DNA from: Bacteroidia bacterium
GTDB lineage: Bacteria > Bacteroidota > Bacteroidia > UKL13-3
NCBI GenBank assembly: GCA_018058135.1
Contig: JAGPCK010000010.1
Location: 108 to 64,107 of the forward strand
Length of the DNA stretch: 64,000 nt
Direction of reading: 5' to 3'
Both the position numbers and the translations under genes were made by a program. Below, piece by piece: positions 1 to 8,295 of this stretch. Under the pieces are notes generated by a model, which saw only the letters and a list, made by a program, of their open reading frames with translations, had not been told where the DNA came from and did no database searches. Each line of letters begins with the position of its first letter. Position 1 is the stretch's first letter.

Positions 1-530
1 TGTGCATCCACATTGGCATCAATAATATTGAGTACATACAGTGCCCCCAATCCTATAGCGCACAGGTCACGGTTTTTGCGGAAATAATCCCTGTTTCCTG
101 AGGCCCAATTGGCGTACCCTTCATTAAGCACTCGTCCGTTGTAAACAGGGATAGTGCTGCTATCTTGGTCGCTGATGTAAATGCTTAGTTGTTTGAAGTC
201 TTTGTAGTTGTCATGGTTCCATTTCAGGCCGTAAATCAGGGCAGCGGCACCCACGTATATAATGGGTATTTTCCAGTATTTTTTATTGTAGGCCTGTCCC
301 CAGCCGGGTAATATGGCAGAGCGTATACTTGCCTTACGGGGCGAGTGGATTTCGCGTTTAAGGGAATCCATTCGGGCCACAGGTGCATTGATTTGTTTTT
401 TTGCGGAGTCCTGTTGCGGGGTTATAGTTGTTGTCTTTTTTGCGGTGCTGTCGGGCAAAGCAGATTGAGCCACTAGTTGCAGCGAGGTAAGCAGTAACAG
501 AAAAGTCAATATGGGGAGTGTTAACCTCAA
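1..530 (-). CDS. DUF5683-like membrane protein; 3' end runs off the window edge (not in supplied ORF track)
   Basis: Hand translation of the minus strand from TTG at 530 gives MRLTLPILTFLLLLTSLQLVAQS..., then ...SAILPGWGQAYNKKYWKIPIIYVGAAALIYGLKWNHDNY. I associate this PGxGQxYNKKYWK motif with DUF5683, the gene that commonly follows parB in Bacteroidota. The start overlaps the parB stop (TTGA). Confidence 0.65.
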   Translation of the reverse strand, partial: MRLTLPILTFLLLLTSLQLVAQSALPDSTAKKTTTITPQQDSAKKQINAPVARMDSLKREIHSPRKASIRSAILPGWGQAYNKKYWKIPIIYVGAAALIYGLKWNHDNYKDFKQLSIYISDQDSSTIPVYNGRVLNEGYANWASGNRDYFRKNRDLCAIGLGALYVLNIIDANVDA

Positions 531-1429
531 TTTTCGAGCATGTCAATTAATCGCTGCAATTCCTGTAAGTTGTCGAAATGGAATTGCAGTGAGCCTCTTC
601 CTTCATCATTTGCTTTTAGGGTAACCTTAGAGTTGTATTGACTGGATAAGGTTTTCTGGTGAATGGTATAATCATTCAGCATTAAGCCATCGCTGTTTTT
701 AGTGCGCTTTGGCAAAACAGATTTTATACTAGGTTCATTGCCCTTGTGGGTTCTGACAAGTTCTTCTGCTCTTCTTACCGATAGGCTGCCTTCTTTAATT
801 TGATTAAAGATGAACATTTGCTGGTCTTCATCGTCAATGCTGATGATGGCACGTGCATGTCCCATGCTCAAAGCTCCGTCACGAATAGCGGCTTGAATCT
901 CATCGGGCAAACGAAGCAGGCGCAGGTAATTGGCAACAGTACTTCTTTCTTTGCCTACACGGTCGGCCACCTGTTCCTGTGTTAACGTACATTCATCAAT
1001 CAGGCGTTTGTAACTTAAGGCCACTTCAATGGCATTCAAATCCTGACGTTGAATGTTTTCAATCAAAGCCATCTCCAGCATTTCCTGGTCGTTGGCTAAG
1101 CGGATGTAGGCAGGTATTTTGGTTAAACCGGCTTGAATGGAAGCACGTGTTCTGCGTTCACCGGAGATGATCTGAAATTTATCAAAACCCATTTTGCGAA
1201 CTGTGATGGGTTGAATAACGCCATGCACTTTAATGGATTCTGCCAGTTCATTCAGTGCCTGGCGGTCAAAATCATTTCGGGGTTGAAAGGGGTTAGCCTC
1301 AATTTGGCTGATATCAATTTCACTTACTGAACCTACCGGTTTGTTTTCGGTAGAGGTAATGTCGGTATCTGAATTTTCTAATAGTGCGGCTAATCCTCTT
1401 CCGAGTCCGCCTTTTTTTGTTACTGTCAT
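527..1429 (-). CDS. parB: chromosome partitioning protein ParB/Spo0J
   Basis: 300 aa. GLGRGLAALL N-terminus and ParB-box-like ISGERRTRA. Lies immediately downstream of parA. Confidence 0.93.
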   Translation of the reverse strand: MTVTKKGGLGRGLAALLENSDTDITSTENKPVGSVSEIDISQIEANPFQPRNDFDRQALNELAESIKVHGVIQPITVRKMGFDKFQIISGERRTRASIQAGLTKIPAYIRLANDQEMLEMALIENIQRQDLNAIEVALSYKRLIDECTLTQEQVADRVGKERSTVANYLRLLRLPDEIQAAIRDGALSMGHARAIISIDDEDQQMFIFNQIKEGSLSVRRAEELVRTHKGNEPSIKSVLPKRTKNSDGLMLNDYTIHQKTLSSQYNSKVTLKANDEGRGSLQFHFDNLQELQRLIDMLEN

Positions 1430-1486
1430 GTGCTTTGTCCTCTATATTGTTGCCCTCCAACGGGCTGTTTCGTATTGTTCAGTCGC

Positions 1487-2290
1487 TTAATTGTTAATGA
1501 TGTTATCTACGGCAGTCATTTTGGTTAATCCGTTTTTGGTGAGCAGTTCACGCGCAAGATTCAGGTAGTTTACCGTTCCACGGCTGGCAGCATCATGCTG
1601 AATAACGGGTACACCAAAACTTGGCGCCTCACTCAATTTTGTATTGCGCTGAATGATGGTGTCAAATACAAGTTGCTGAAAGTGCATTTTTACTTCTTCT
1701 ACTACCTGATTGCTCAACCGCAGGCGTGAATCGTACATGGTAAGCAGTATACCCTCAATTTGCAGATTGGGGTTCAGGTTGTTCTGAATAATTTTGATGG
1801 TGTTGAGTAATTTGCCCAAACCTTCCAATGCAAAGTATTCGCACTGAACCGGTACAATCACTGAATCAGCAGCGCAAAGGGCGTTGGTAGTGATAATGCC
1901 TAGTGAAGGCGAACAATCAATGATAATAAAATCATAATCATTGCGCACTTTTTCCAAGGCGATTTTCATCATGCGCTCACGACTCAGGCGGTCCACCAAT
2001 TCTATCTCAGCCCCAACCAAATCAATGCTGGCAGGTAAAAGATCAAGAAAATCAGTGTCGGTTTTCAAAATTACATCCCGTGCCGCTACTTCGTTGATAA
2101 GGCAGTCGTAAATGCCGGTTCGTATATTTTTAGGGTCGAAACCATTGCCTGAAGTAGAGTTGGCCTGTGGATCGGCATCTACCAGTAAGGTTTTGTACTC
2201 CAGAACCGCCAAACTTGCGGCCAGATTGATGGCAGTTGTGGTTTTGCCCACACCGCCTTTTTGATTAGCTATTGCTATTATTTTTCCCAT
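1487..2290 (-). CDS. parA: ParA/Soj partitioning ATPase
   Basis: 267 aa. Deviant Walker A motif KGGVGKTTTAINLA. Adjacent to parB. Confidence 0.93.
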   Translation of the reverse strand: MGKIIAIANQKGGVGKTTTAINLAASLAVLEYKTLLVDADPQANSTSGNGFDPKNIRTGIYDCLINEVAARDVILKTDTDFLDLLPASIDLVGAEIELVDRLSRERMMKIALEKVRNDYDFIIIDCSPSLGIITTNALCAADSVIVPVQCEYFALEGLGKLLNTIKIIQNNLNPNLQIEGILLTMYDSRLRLSNQVVEEVKMHFQQLVFDTIIQRNTKLSEAPSFGVPVIQHDAASRGTVNYLNLARELLTKNGLTKMTAVDNIINN

Positions 2291-2328
2291 TGCTCAAATA
2301 TCCTCTTGTATTGTTAGTTGCTGTAAGT

Positions 2329-3009
2329 TTAAAAAGTAATTGTTTCGTTGATTTGCATCAGGTTAATGTTTTTGCCGGCTTTGGTAAAGCTATTTTTGAC
2401 TTCTTCATGATTTATCACAATGTAAGGGAAGGTATCAAAGTGCATCCCTATAATGTTGTTGCATTGAATCATATCAGCAGCCAGTAATGCATCTTCATGG
2501 TTCATGGTAAAATTACTGCCTATGGGTAAAAAGGCCAAATCGGGGCGGTTGTATTTACCTAAAAGCTGCATGTCCACATTTAGTGCGGTATCACCGGCAT
2601 AATAAATGGTTTTGTTCTCAGCCTTAAGTAAGAAGCCCATGGGGTTTCCTCCGTATGTACCATCAGGGAAAGAACTGGAGTGTGTGGCTGATGTGAGCTG
2701 TACTTCTCCGAACTCGAATGACCATTTCCCACCGGTATTCATCGGATGGATTTTGTGCAAACCTTTGTTAGTAAACCAGGCACATATTTCCCAATTGGAG
2801 ATTAAAGTAGAGTCATGCTGTTTGGCTAATTCCAATACATCGGCCATGTGGTCTTGGTGGGCATGAGAAACCAGTATATAGTCTGCCTTAACATCTTTAA
2901 GTGAAATATTTTTGGCCAAATGGTTGGGGGTGATGAACGGATCAAACACCAGCATTTTACCGCTGACCTCCATTTGGAAACAAGAATGGCCTAAATACTT
3001 TACTTTCAT
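2329..3009 (-). CDS. metallo-beta-lactamase-fold hydrolase (UPF0173-like)
   Basis: MKVKYLGHSCF N-terminus and SHAHQDH metal motif. I prefer the internal ATG at 3009 to the track start at 3081. Confidence 0.8.
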   Translation of the reverse strand: MKVKYLGHSCFQMEVSGKMLVFDPFITPNHLAKNISLKDVKADYILVSHAHQDHMADVLELAKQHDSTLISNWEICAWFTNKGLHKIHPMNTGGKWSFEFGEVQLTSATHSSSFPDGTYGGNPMGFLLKAENKTIYYAGDTALNVDMQLLGKYNRPDLAFLPIGSNFTMNHEDALLAADMIQCNNIIGMHFDTFPYIVINHEEVKNSFTKAGKNINLMQINETITF

Positions 3010-3402
3010 TACTTTCTGAGTGCTGTATTGCTTAAAATACTGAAGGGTAAAAATACGACTTTCAGGACTAACCTGAAGCAATTTCTTTCAACAGGTAAAT
3101 CTATTTTTATCTCGATTTAATTGCTTGTTTACAAATGCTTTATATGTTAACCAGCGAGGTATCGTGCGCTTATTTACTTGTAGCATTTGTGTCGTGGAAC
3201 ATCTTAGTGCTGATAAACAGGCTTTTTGAAAATCACCTTATTTGGAGTGTGGATTTCTTTTCAGGTTTAAATCGCCTGACTAACAAGATATTTTATCTTT
3301 ATGAACAACTGCAATGTGGATGACAAAAGCAGGTTTGTGGATAAGCGGGAGTGAGGTTTAAAACTTGCTGAAATCAGTAGTACAACACCTCACCCGTCAG
3401 AA

Positions 3403-4701
3403 TTACGGATTAATGATAGCCTTCTCAAGCGATAGCTTATGCAGAAAATTGTTGAGTTCTGTTGTATTGCAGTTAAAGGCAAGTACCTTTCTTTTGGGTC
3501 TCAATAAAATGCCAAACGGATATTTATTTACACGCATTTTCCTGTTTAGTTTCAGGTTGGTGTGCCCCATGTACCAGGTTACATTGGGTAGCTGGGCAAT
3601 GATGTTTACGTTATTTGCTTTGCCTCCGTATTGCAACCAGATAATGCGCAAGTCAGGATGCTTTTTCAGTAATTGTGAAAATATGGCGGTGTCTTGCTGA
3701 AAATTATCATATGGAAATTGAACCACATGAATGTAAACCGGATGTTTTCTGCTGATACTTCTGAGGCGTATTTTTTTATTGTTCCAAGAGTTAAACTTAA
3801 GCGGAGGTAGTCTTTGCCCCTCTGTAAAAACAGATTGAGCAATGGCATTACTGTCTCTTACCATGACGATGCTGTTGCCATACACGTCATTTGTTTTTAT
3901 TCCATAAACATTACCGTTTCGCTCTACCTGTAAATCTCCTTTTTCAGGTATCAGGTAAGCCCCTTTTTCAAGTTCAACCGCCAGTACGCGTGATTTGTAA
4001 TCAGCCACCAAAAAGCGATCAATGCCTTTATCATTGTAAAGTCCGTTGTTATTGGCGTCAAACAAACCAACCGTGAAAGAGTCGGTCCCTGAGTTGTAAT
4101 CACCTCCTTTGCAATTAAGTCTTTGTTCCCGGAACGAATTTCTTATGCCGGCAAATGCGCGGCCTTTTTCTTCTGTTCTGTAAAATTCATCAAGCATACT
4201 AAAGTAGGTGTCCTTGCCAAAGAAATTAAACCGGGATAGTCGGTAGGTTACATTACGGGCCGGGTTATCTGCTTGGGTCAAACTTATGTCAACATACCCT
4301 CTGTCTTTAGGCATACGAATAAGACTTCCATCATCAGTAAAATTGAGGTTTGCATTTAAGTCCACGTATAAATAGGCATCTTTATTATTACAACAATTAC
4401 TTACCACAACGGTAATGTAGCCTTTAGTTGGGCCGTTTTCGTTAATGCCGCTGTAGAGAAAGAAATACCCGGTATCAGTTTCCTGTGGAAATTCAGGAAG
4501 TATAACGGGTAGTTTTTCCATTTTTTTGTTGCCCTGCAAGTTGTTTAAAGTGATGTGAGCAGAGGTGAATTTAAAAACAGGTAGGGGAGTAAGAAATTTA
4601 TCAAACTGAGATGATACAACTTCAGCGTTCAGCATCACCGGTTGTTGTGCCGAACTGTAAAGGCTTATTACAGCTATCAGAAAGCTCAATATTTTTTTCA
4701 T
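3403..4701 (-). CDS. secreted hypothetical protein with a degenerate thioredoxin-fold-like C-terminus
   Basis: 432 aa. Signal peptide MKKILSFLIAVISLYSSAQQ. Mid-region DANNNGLYNDKGID (Ca-binding-like). The C-terminal ~120 aa align by eye to the TlpA-like pattern but lack CxxC. Confidence 0.6.
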   Translation of the reverse strand: MKKILSFLIAVISLYSSAQQPVMLNAEVVSSQFDKFLTPLPVFKFTSAHITLNNLQGNKKMEKLPVILPEFPQETDTGYFFLYSGINENGPTKGYITVVVSNCCNNKDAYLYVDLNANLNFTDDGSLIRMPKDRGYVDISLTQADNPARNVTYRLSRFNFFGKDTYFSMLDEFYRTEEKGRAFAGIRNSFREQRLNCKGGDYNSGTDSFTVGLFDANNNGLYNDKGIDRFLVADYKSRVLAVELEKGAYLIPEKGDLQVERNGNVYGIKTNDVYGNSIVMVRDSNAIAQSVFTEGQRLPPLKFNSWNNKKIRLRSISRKHPVYIHVVQFPYDNFQQDTAIFSQLLKKHPDLRIIWLQYGGKANNVNIIAQLPNVTWYMGHTNLKLNRKMRVNKYPFGILLRPKRKVLAFNCNTTELNNFLHKLSLEKAIINP

Positions 4702-4711
4702 CAGCGTACTG

Positions 4712-4719
4712 CAAAAATA
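4712..4719 (-). promoter_or_regulatory. candidate Bacteroidota -7 box (TAnnTTTG)
   Basis: Minus-strand tatttttg, with 10 nt between its G and the ATG at 4701. Confidence 0.35.
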
Positions 4720-4721
4720 CT

Positions 4722-4747
4722 AAACGCACGACATTTGCCGTGCGTTT
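4722..4747 (-). terminator. intrinsic terminator after the Zn-peptidase gene
   Basis: 9-bp stem aaacgcacg/cgtgcgttt with an 8-nt loop. A T-rich tract (agtattttt) follows on the minus strand. Confidence 0.5.
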
Positions 4748-4774
4748 AATAAATGTTGATTAATCAAAATAAAA

Positions 4775-5458
4775 TTAGTCTCTGCTTCTGCCATTAAGAA
4801 TGGAGATGTAGTAAAGTAGTGTAGCTAGAGATGATAATGCAGCAACTACATAAGTCATGGCTGCCCAGCGTAAGGACTCACGTACCTGAGTCTCTTCCTG
4901 TGAGCGAACCATACCACGTGAAGTTAACCAGGCTACCGCTCTGTTACTTGCATCAAATTCTACGGGCAATGTAATAAAGGTAAAAATAGTAGTGGCGGCA
5001 AAAAGAGCCACGCCTATTTCCAATAAAACTGGTGTAGTGTTGATGAGCAGTATGCCTCCCAAAATAATCCATTGCATGTAGCGGGAGGATACACTTACTA
5101 ATGGAACCAGTTTTGAACGCATGGTAAGCCAGGTGTATGCAGTAGCATGTTGTACTGCGTGTCCGCATTCGTGAGCAGCTACCGCAGCAGCAGCAACACT
5201 ACGTCCGTAAAAAACATCATTACTCAGATTTACGGTTTTGTTTTCCGGGTTATAGTGGTCAGTTAGCTGACCTTCTGTGCTGATAACTTTAACGTCATAA
5301 ATGTTATTTTCACGCAACATACGCTCAGCAATTTCAGCCCCTGATAATCCGTTGCTCAATGCTTCCTGTGAAAATTGAGTGAATTTAGATTTGAATCGCC
5401 AGCTCACCAGCATGCTCAAGCCTAAAAATACTAAGCCGATTAAATAAATTCCTGCCAT
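4775..5458 (-). CDS. YugP-like zinc metallopeptidase (Zn_peptidase_2 family)
   Basis: 227 aa. HECGHAVQH zinc motif. N-terminal TM segment plus C-terminal TM segments. Confidence 0.8.
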   Translation of the reverse strand: MAGIYLIGLVFLGLSMLVSWRFKSKFTQFSQEALSNGLSGAEIAERMLRENNIYDVKVISTEGQLTDHYNPENKTVNLSNDVFYGRSVAAAAVAAHECGHAVQHATAYTWLTMRSKLVPLVSVSSRYMQWIILGGILLINTTPVLLEIGVALFAATTIFTFITLPVEFDASNRAVAWLTSRGMVRSQEETQVRESLRWAAMTYVVAALSSLATLLYYISILNGRSRD

Positions 5459-5510
5459 TTTAAGTTGTAATTTTTTTGTACGTGTTTGCCTGCAATAGCT
5501 GTTCCAAATG

Positions 5511-5666
5511 CTAATTTGTCAGTAATCTCACCACGATTACCCCTATGGCAAATAAAAAAAGAAGAATAGAAATGCGGTTGATGCCGTGCATCATGCGCAG
5601 GTTGCTGTTGGTAACAGGTTCAGTCTTTTTCCAGAAAAGCATGTAACCGATGAATTTTTTTATCAT
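5511..5666 (-). CDS. 51-aa single-pass membrane micro-protein (below the ORF-track cutoff)
   Basis: Hand translation: MIKKFIGYMLFWKKTEPVTNSNLRMMHGINRISILLFLFAIGVIVVRLLTN. ATG start, one clear TM helix, and its own TAnnTTTG box upstream. Confidence 0.45.
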   Translation of the reverse strand: MIKKFIGYMLFWKKTEPVTNSNLRMMHGINRISILLFLFAIGVIVVRLLTN

Positions 5667-5694
5667 GATGGGAGTAGTTGTAAATACAATACTT

Positions 5695-5702
5695 CAAAGG
5701 TA
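5695..5702 (-). promoter_or_regulatory. candidate -7 box for the 51-aa ORF
   Basis: Minus-strand tacctttg, with 28 nt between its G and the ATG at 5666. Confidence 0.35.
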
Positions 5703-5724
5703 GTGAATTATAGTAATTTAAAAA

Positions 5725-5740
5725 TTTAGGGGAGTCTAAA
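5725..5740. promoter_or_regulatory. possible DtxR/MntR-type operator (weak inverted repeat)
   Basis: TTTAG-N6-CTAAA. It contains a TTAGG half-site reminiscent of DtxR boxes and lies between the two divergent -7 boxes. The arms are only 5 bp in AT-rich DNA. Confidence 0.25.
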
Positions 5741-5748
5741 AAATATTT

Positions 5749-5756
5749 TATATTTG
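5749..5756 (+). promoter_or_regulatory. candidate -7 box for the dtxR-like gene
   Basis: tatatttg, with only 5 nt between its G and the ATG at 5762. This implies a leaderless or near-leaderless mRNA. Confidence 0.4.
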
Positions 5757-5761
5757 ACCCG

Positions 5762-6415
5762 ATGTATTCGTTTACGGAAGAAAATTACCTGAAAGCTATT
5801 TACAAGCTGTCGCAGGATGACAGCGCTACTACCAATGCGATAGCTGTTGAATTAAAAACAAAAGCGGCATCGGTAACGGATATGCTTAAGAAATTAGCAG
5901 ATAAAAAGTTGATTACCTATGTGAAATATCAGGGAGTGAGCTTAACAGAGAAAGGGAGAAAAGTTGCTGTTATTACGGTAAGAAAGCACCGTTTATGGGA
6001 AGTTTTTCTGCATGAAAAACTGGAGTTCAAGTGGGATGAAGTGCATGAGATTGCGGAACAACTGGAGCATATACAATCGGATGTTTTGATGGATAAGCTG
6101 GATGCTTTTCTTAATTTTCCTACCGTTGACCCGCATGGAGACCCTATTCCCCGCAGGGACGGAACAATCAAAGATGCTAAGCTTAAAGTACTGTCAGATA
6201 TTTCAGAGGGGAAATCAGTCATCATGTCGGGTGTAAAGGAACACTCGCCTGTGTTTTTACAGTATCTTGAAAAAACGGGTTTGCTTTTAGGGAAAAAGAT
6301 TAAGGTGAATGAGATATTGAAATTTGATGGCTCAGTGCAGTTGCAGATAGGCAAAGGCAGTCCGGTACAGATAAGTAAAGAGGTAGCAAAAAATATTTTA
6401 GTTGCTAATGCGTGA
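5762..6415 (+). CDS. DtxR/MntR-family metal-dependent transcriptional regulator with a FeoA/SH3-like C-terminal domain
   Basis: 217 aa. N-terminal winged HTH (EENYLKAIYKL...), a dimerisation/metal region, and a C-terminal FeoA-like segment. Directly precedes an Nramp gene. Confidence 0.85.
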   Translation: MYSFTEENYLKAIYKLSQDDSATTNAIAVELKTKAASVTDMLKKLADKKLITYVKYQGVSLTEKGRKVAVITVRKHRLWEVFLHEKLEFKWDEVHEIAEQLEHIQSDVLMDKLDAFLNFPTVDPHGDPIPRRDGTIKDAKLKVLSDISEGKSVIMSGVKEHSPVFLQYLEKTGLLLGKKIKVNEILKFDGSVQLQIGKGSPVQISKEVAKNILVANA

Positions 6416-8295
6416 TGAGTAACAAAAGAAAATCATTGGCTGAAGTACACGAATCGGTAGAAGTACCGGTGAAAAAGAGTTCATTTAAAACATTACTGGC
6501 TTATATAGGACCAGCTTATCTGGTAAGTGTGGGGTATATGGATCCGGGTAACTGGGCCACGGATATCGCGGGTGGAAGCGCATTCGGTTATCGCCTCATT
6601 TGGGTTTTGCTCATGTCCAACCTGATGGCTTTGTTACTACAAAGTTTAAGCGCCCGTTTGGGTATAGTGCGCGGGTTAGACTTAGCGCAGGCTTCACGCC
6701 ATACTTATCCGGCATGGGTAAATTACAGTTTATATGGTTTAGCAGAGATTGCTATTGCTGCTACTGATTTGGCAGAGATAATTGGTATGGCTATCGGACT
6801 TCATTTACTGTTTGGTTTTCCTTTATTGTGGGGTGTGTTAATTACTGTGCTTGATTCCTTCATTCTGTTGTTTCTTATTAACAAAGGCATACGGGTAATG
6901 GAGGCATTCATCATCTCGCTGGTGAGCATTATCGGTTTTTCTTTTTTACTGGAGATGATAATTGTACAACCGCAAATGTCTGAAGTGGTAAAAGGCTTTG
7001 TTCCCACCGGCTTGCATGGCAGTGCACTTTACATTGCTATCGGGATTATAGGTGCTACAGTTATGCCGCACAATCTTTACCTGCACTCTTCGTTGGTACA
7101 GTCGCGCAAAATTGAACGAACTCATGAGGGGATTAAACGGGCATTGAAATATAATTTTATTGATTCAACCATTGCGCTTAATCTGGCCTTTTTTGTTAAT
7201 GCAGCTATACTTGTGTTGGCCGCCACCGCATTTTTTAAAAATGGGTACAATGATGTAGCCGAGATACAGGATGCGCATTTATTACTGAGCAATATCTTCG
7301 GGAGTTTGGCACCTGCTTTATTTGCTATAGCACTTATAGCAGCAGGACAAAGTTCTACGATAACCGGTACGCTTGCCGGGCAAATAGTGATGGAAGGTTA
7401 TCTGGATTTACGCATACGTCCCTGGATTCGAAGAATACTTACCCGAGCCATTGCTATAGTGCCTGCTGTATTCACCATTATGTATTTTGGTGAAAACGAG
7501 TTGGGTGAATTACTGGTGTTGAGTCAGGTGGTGTTAAGTTTACAGTTGGGCTTTGCTATTATTCCCCTCATTCACTTTGTAAGTGATAAGGTTCAGATGA
7601 AAGAGTTTGTTATCAGTAACAAGGTGAAGTTTTCAGCATGGTTAATTGCGGCAATTATTGTCTCACTGAATATTCATCTGGTTATTGATGAGACCTCCGT
7701 TATATTCCATAGCAATATTTCTATTTTGTGGAAGTTACTATTGGCCGGCTGCATGCTTTTTGTCGGATTGCTGCTGGTTTACGTGGTCTTATTTCCTTTA
7801 ATGAAAAAGTATGCCCACAATATTACATTACCACATGGTTTTGCAGTAGATATTTCTTCCATTGCACATAAATCATACAACTGTATTGGTATAGCGCTCG
7901 ACTTTTCGGGTACTGATAAACAGATGATAGAGCAGGCCACTTCATTAGGTGGTAAAACCGTTCGATATGTATTGATTCATATAGTGGAAACAGCCGGAGC
8001 CAGACTATTGGGGAAAGACATACAGGATAAAGAAACGCAGGAAGATGAACGCATATTGGGAAGTTATGCAGAACAAATGACCAAGATGGGTTTTGAAACC
8101 ATTGCGGTATTGGAATTTGGAAGCCCTGTAGTTAAGATAACAGAGCAGGTGAAAAAATCAAATTGCGATTTGCTCATCATGGGTTCACATGGTCACAAAG
8201 GCATAAAAGATATTATCTTTGGCAGCACTGCCGATGAGGTACGACACAAAGTATCTATACCGGTAATGATTGTAAAAGCTGAAACACATGATTAA
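6412..8295 (+). CDS. mntH: Nramp-family divalent metal (Mn2+/Fe2+) transporter fused to a C-terminal universal stress protein domain
   Basis: 627 aa. DPGN (aa 44-47) and MPH (aa 218-220) metal-site motifs and multiple TM segments. A USP domain occupies the C-terminus. Start is GTG 6412 or ATG 6415, overlapping the regulator stop. Confidence 0.9.
   Translation: MMSNKRKSLAEVHESVEVPVKKSSFKTLLAYIGPAYLVSVGYMDPGNWATDIAGGSAFGYRLIWVLLMSNLMALLLQSLSARLGIVRGLDLAQASRHTYPAWVNYSLYGLAEIAIAATDLAEIIGMAIGLHLLFGFPLLWGVLITVLDSFILLFLINKGIRVMEAFIISLVSIIGFSFLLEMIIVQPQMSEVVKGFVPTGLHGSALYIAIGIIGATVMPHNLYLHSSLVQSRKIERTHEGIKRALKYNFIDSTIALNLAFFVNAAILVLAATAFFKNGYNDVAEIQDAHLLLSNIFGSLAPALFAIALIAAGQSSTITGTLAGQIVMEGYLDLRIRPWIRRILTRAIAIVPAVFTIMYFGENELGELLVLSQVVLSLQLGFAIIPLIHFVSDKVQMKEFVISNKVKFSAWLIAAIIVSLNIHLVIDETSVIFHSNISILWKLLLAGCMLFVGLLLVYVVLFPLMKKYAHNITLPHGFAVDISSIAHKSYNCIGIALDFSGTDKQMIEQATSLGGKTVRYVLIHIVETAGARLLGKDIQDKETQEDERILGSYAEQMTKMGFETIAVLEFGSPVVKITEQVKKSNCDLLIMGSHGHKGIKDIIFGSTADEVRHKVSIPVMIVKAETHD
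7876..8277 (+). other. USP (UspA-like) domain of the Nramp fusion
   Basis: aa ~489-622. IGIALDFSG...VLIHIVE...DLLIMGSHGHKGIKDIIFGSTADEV, with the G-2x-G-9x-G(S/T) ATP-binding motif intact. Confidence 0.8.

Noticed and set aside
358-546. Tracked 62-aa minus-strand ORF downstream of parB.
   Set aside because: It is an alternative frame of the DUF5683-like gene. It has no signal, TM or motif content, whereas the other frame carries a recognisable conserved motif and stays open to the window edge.
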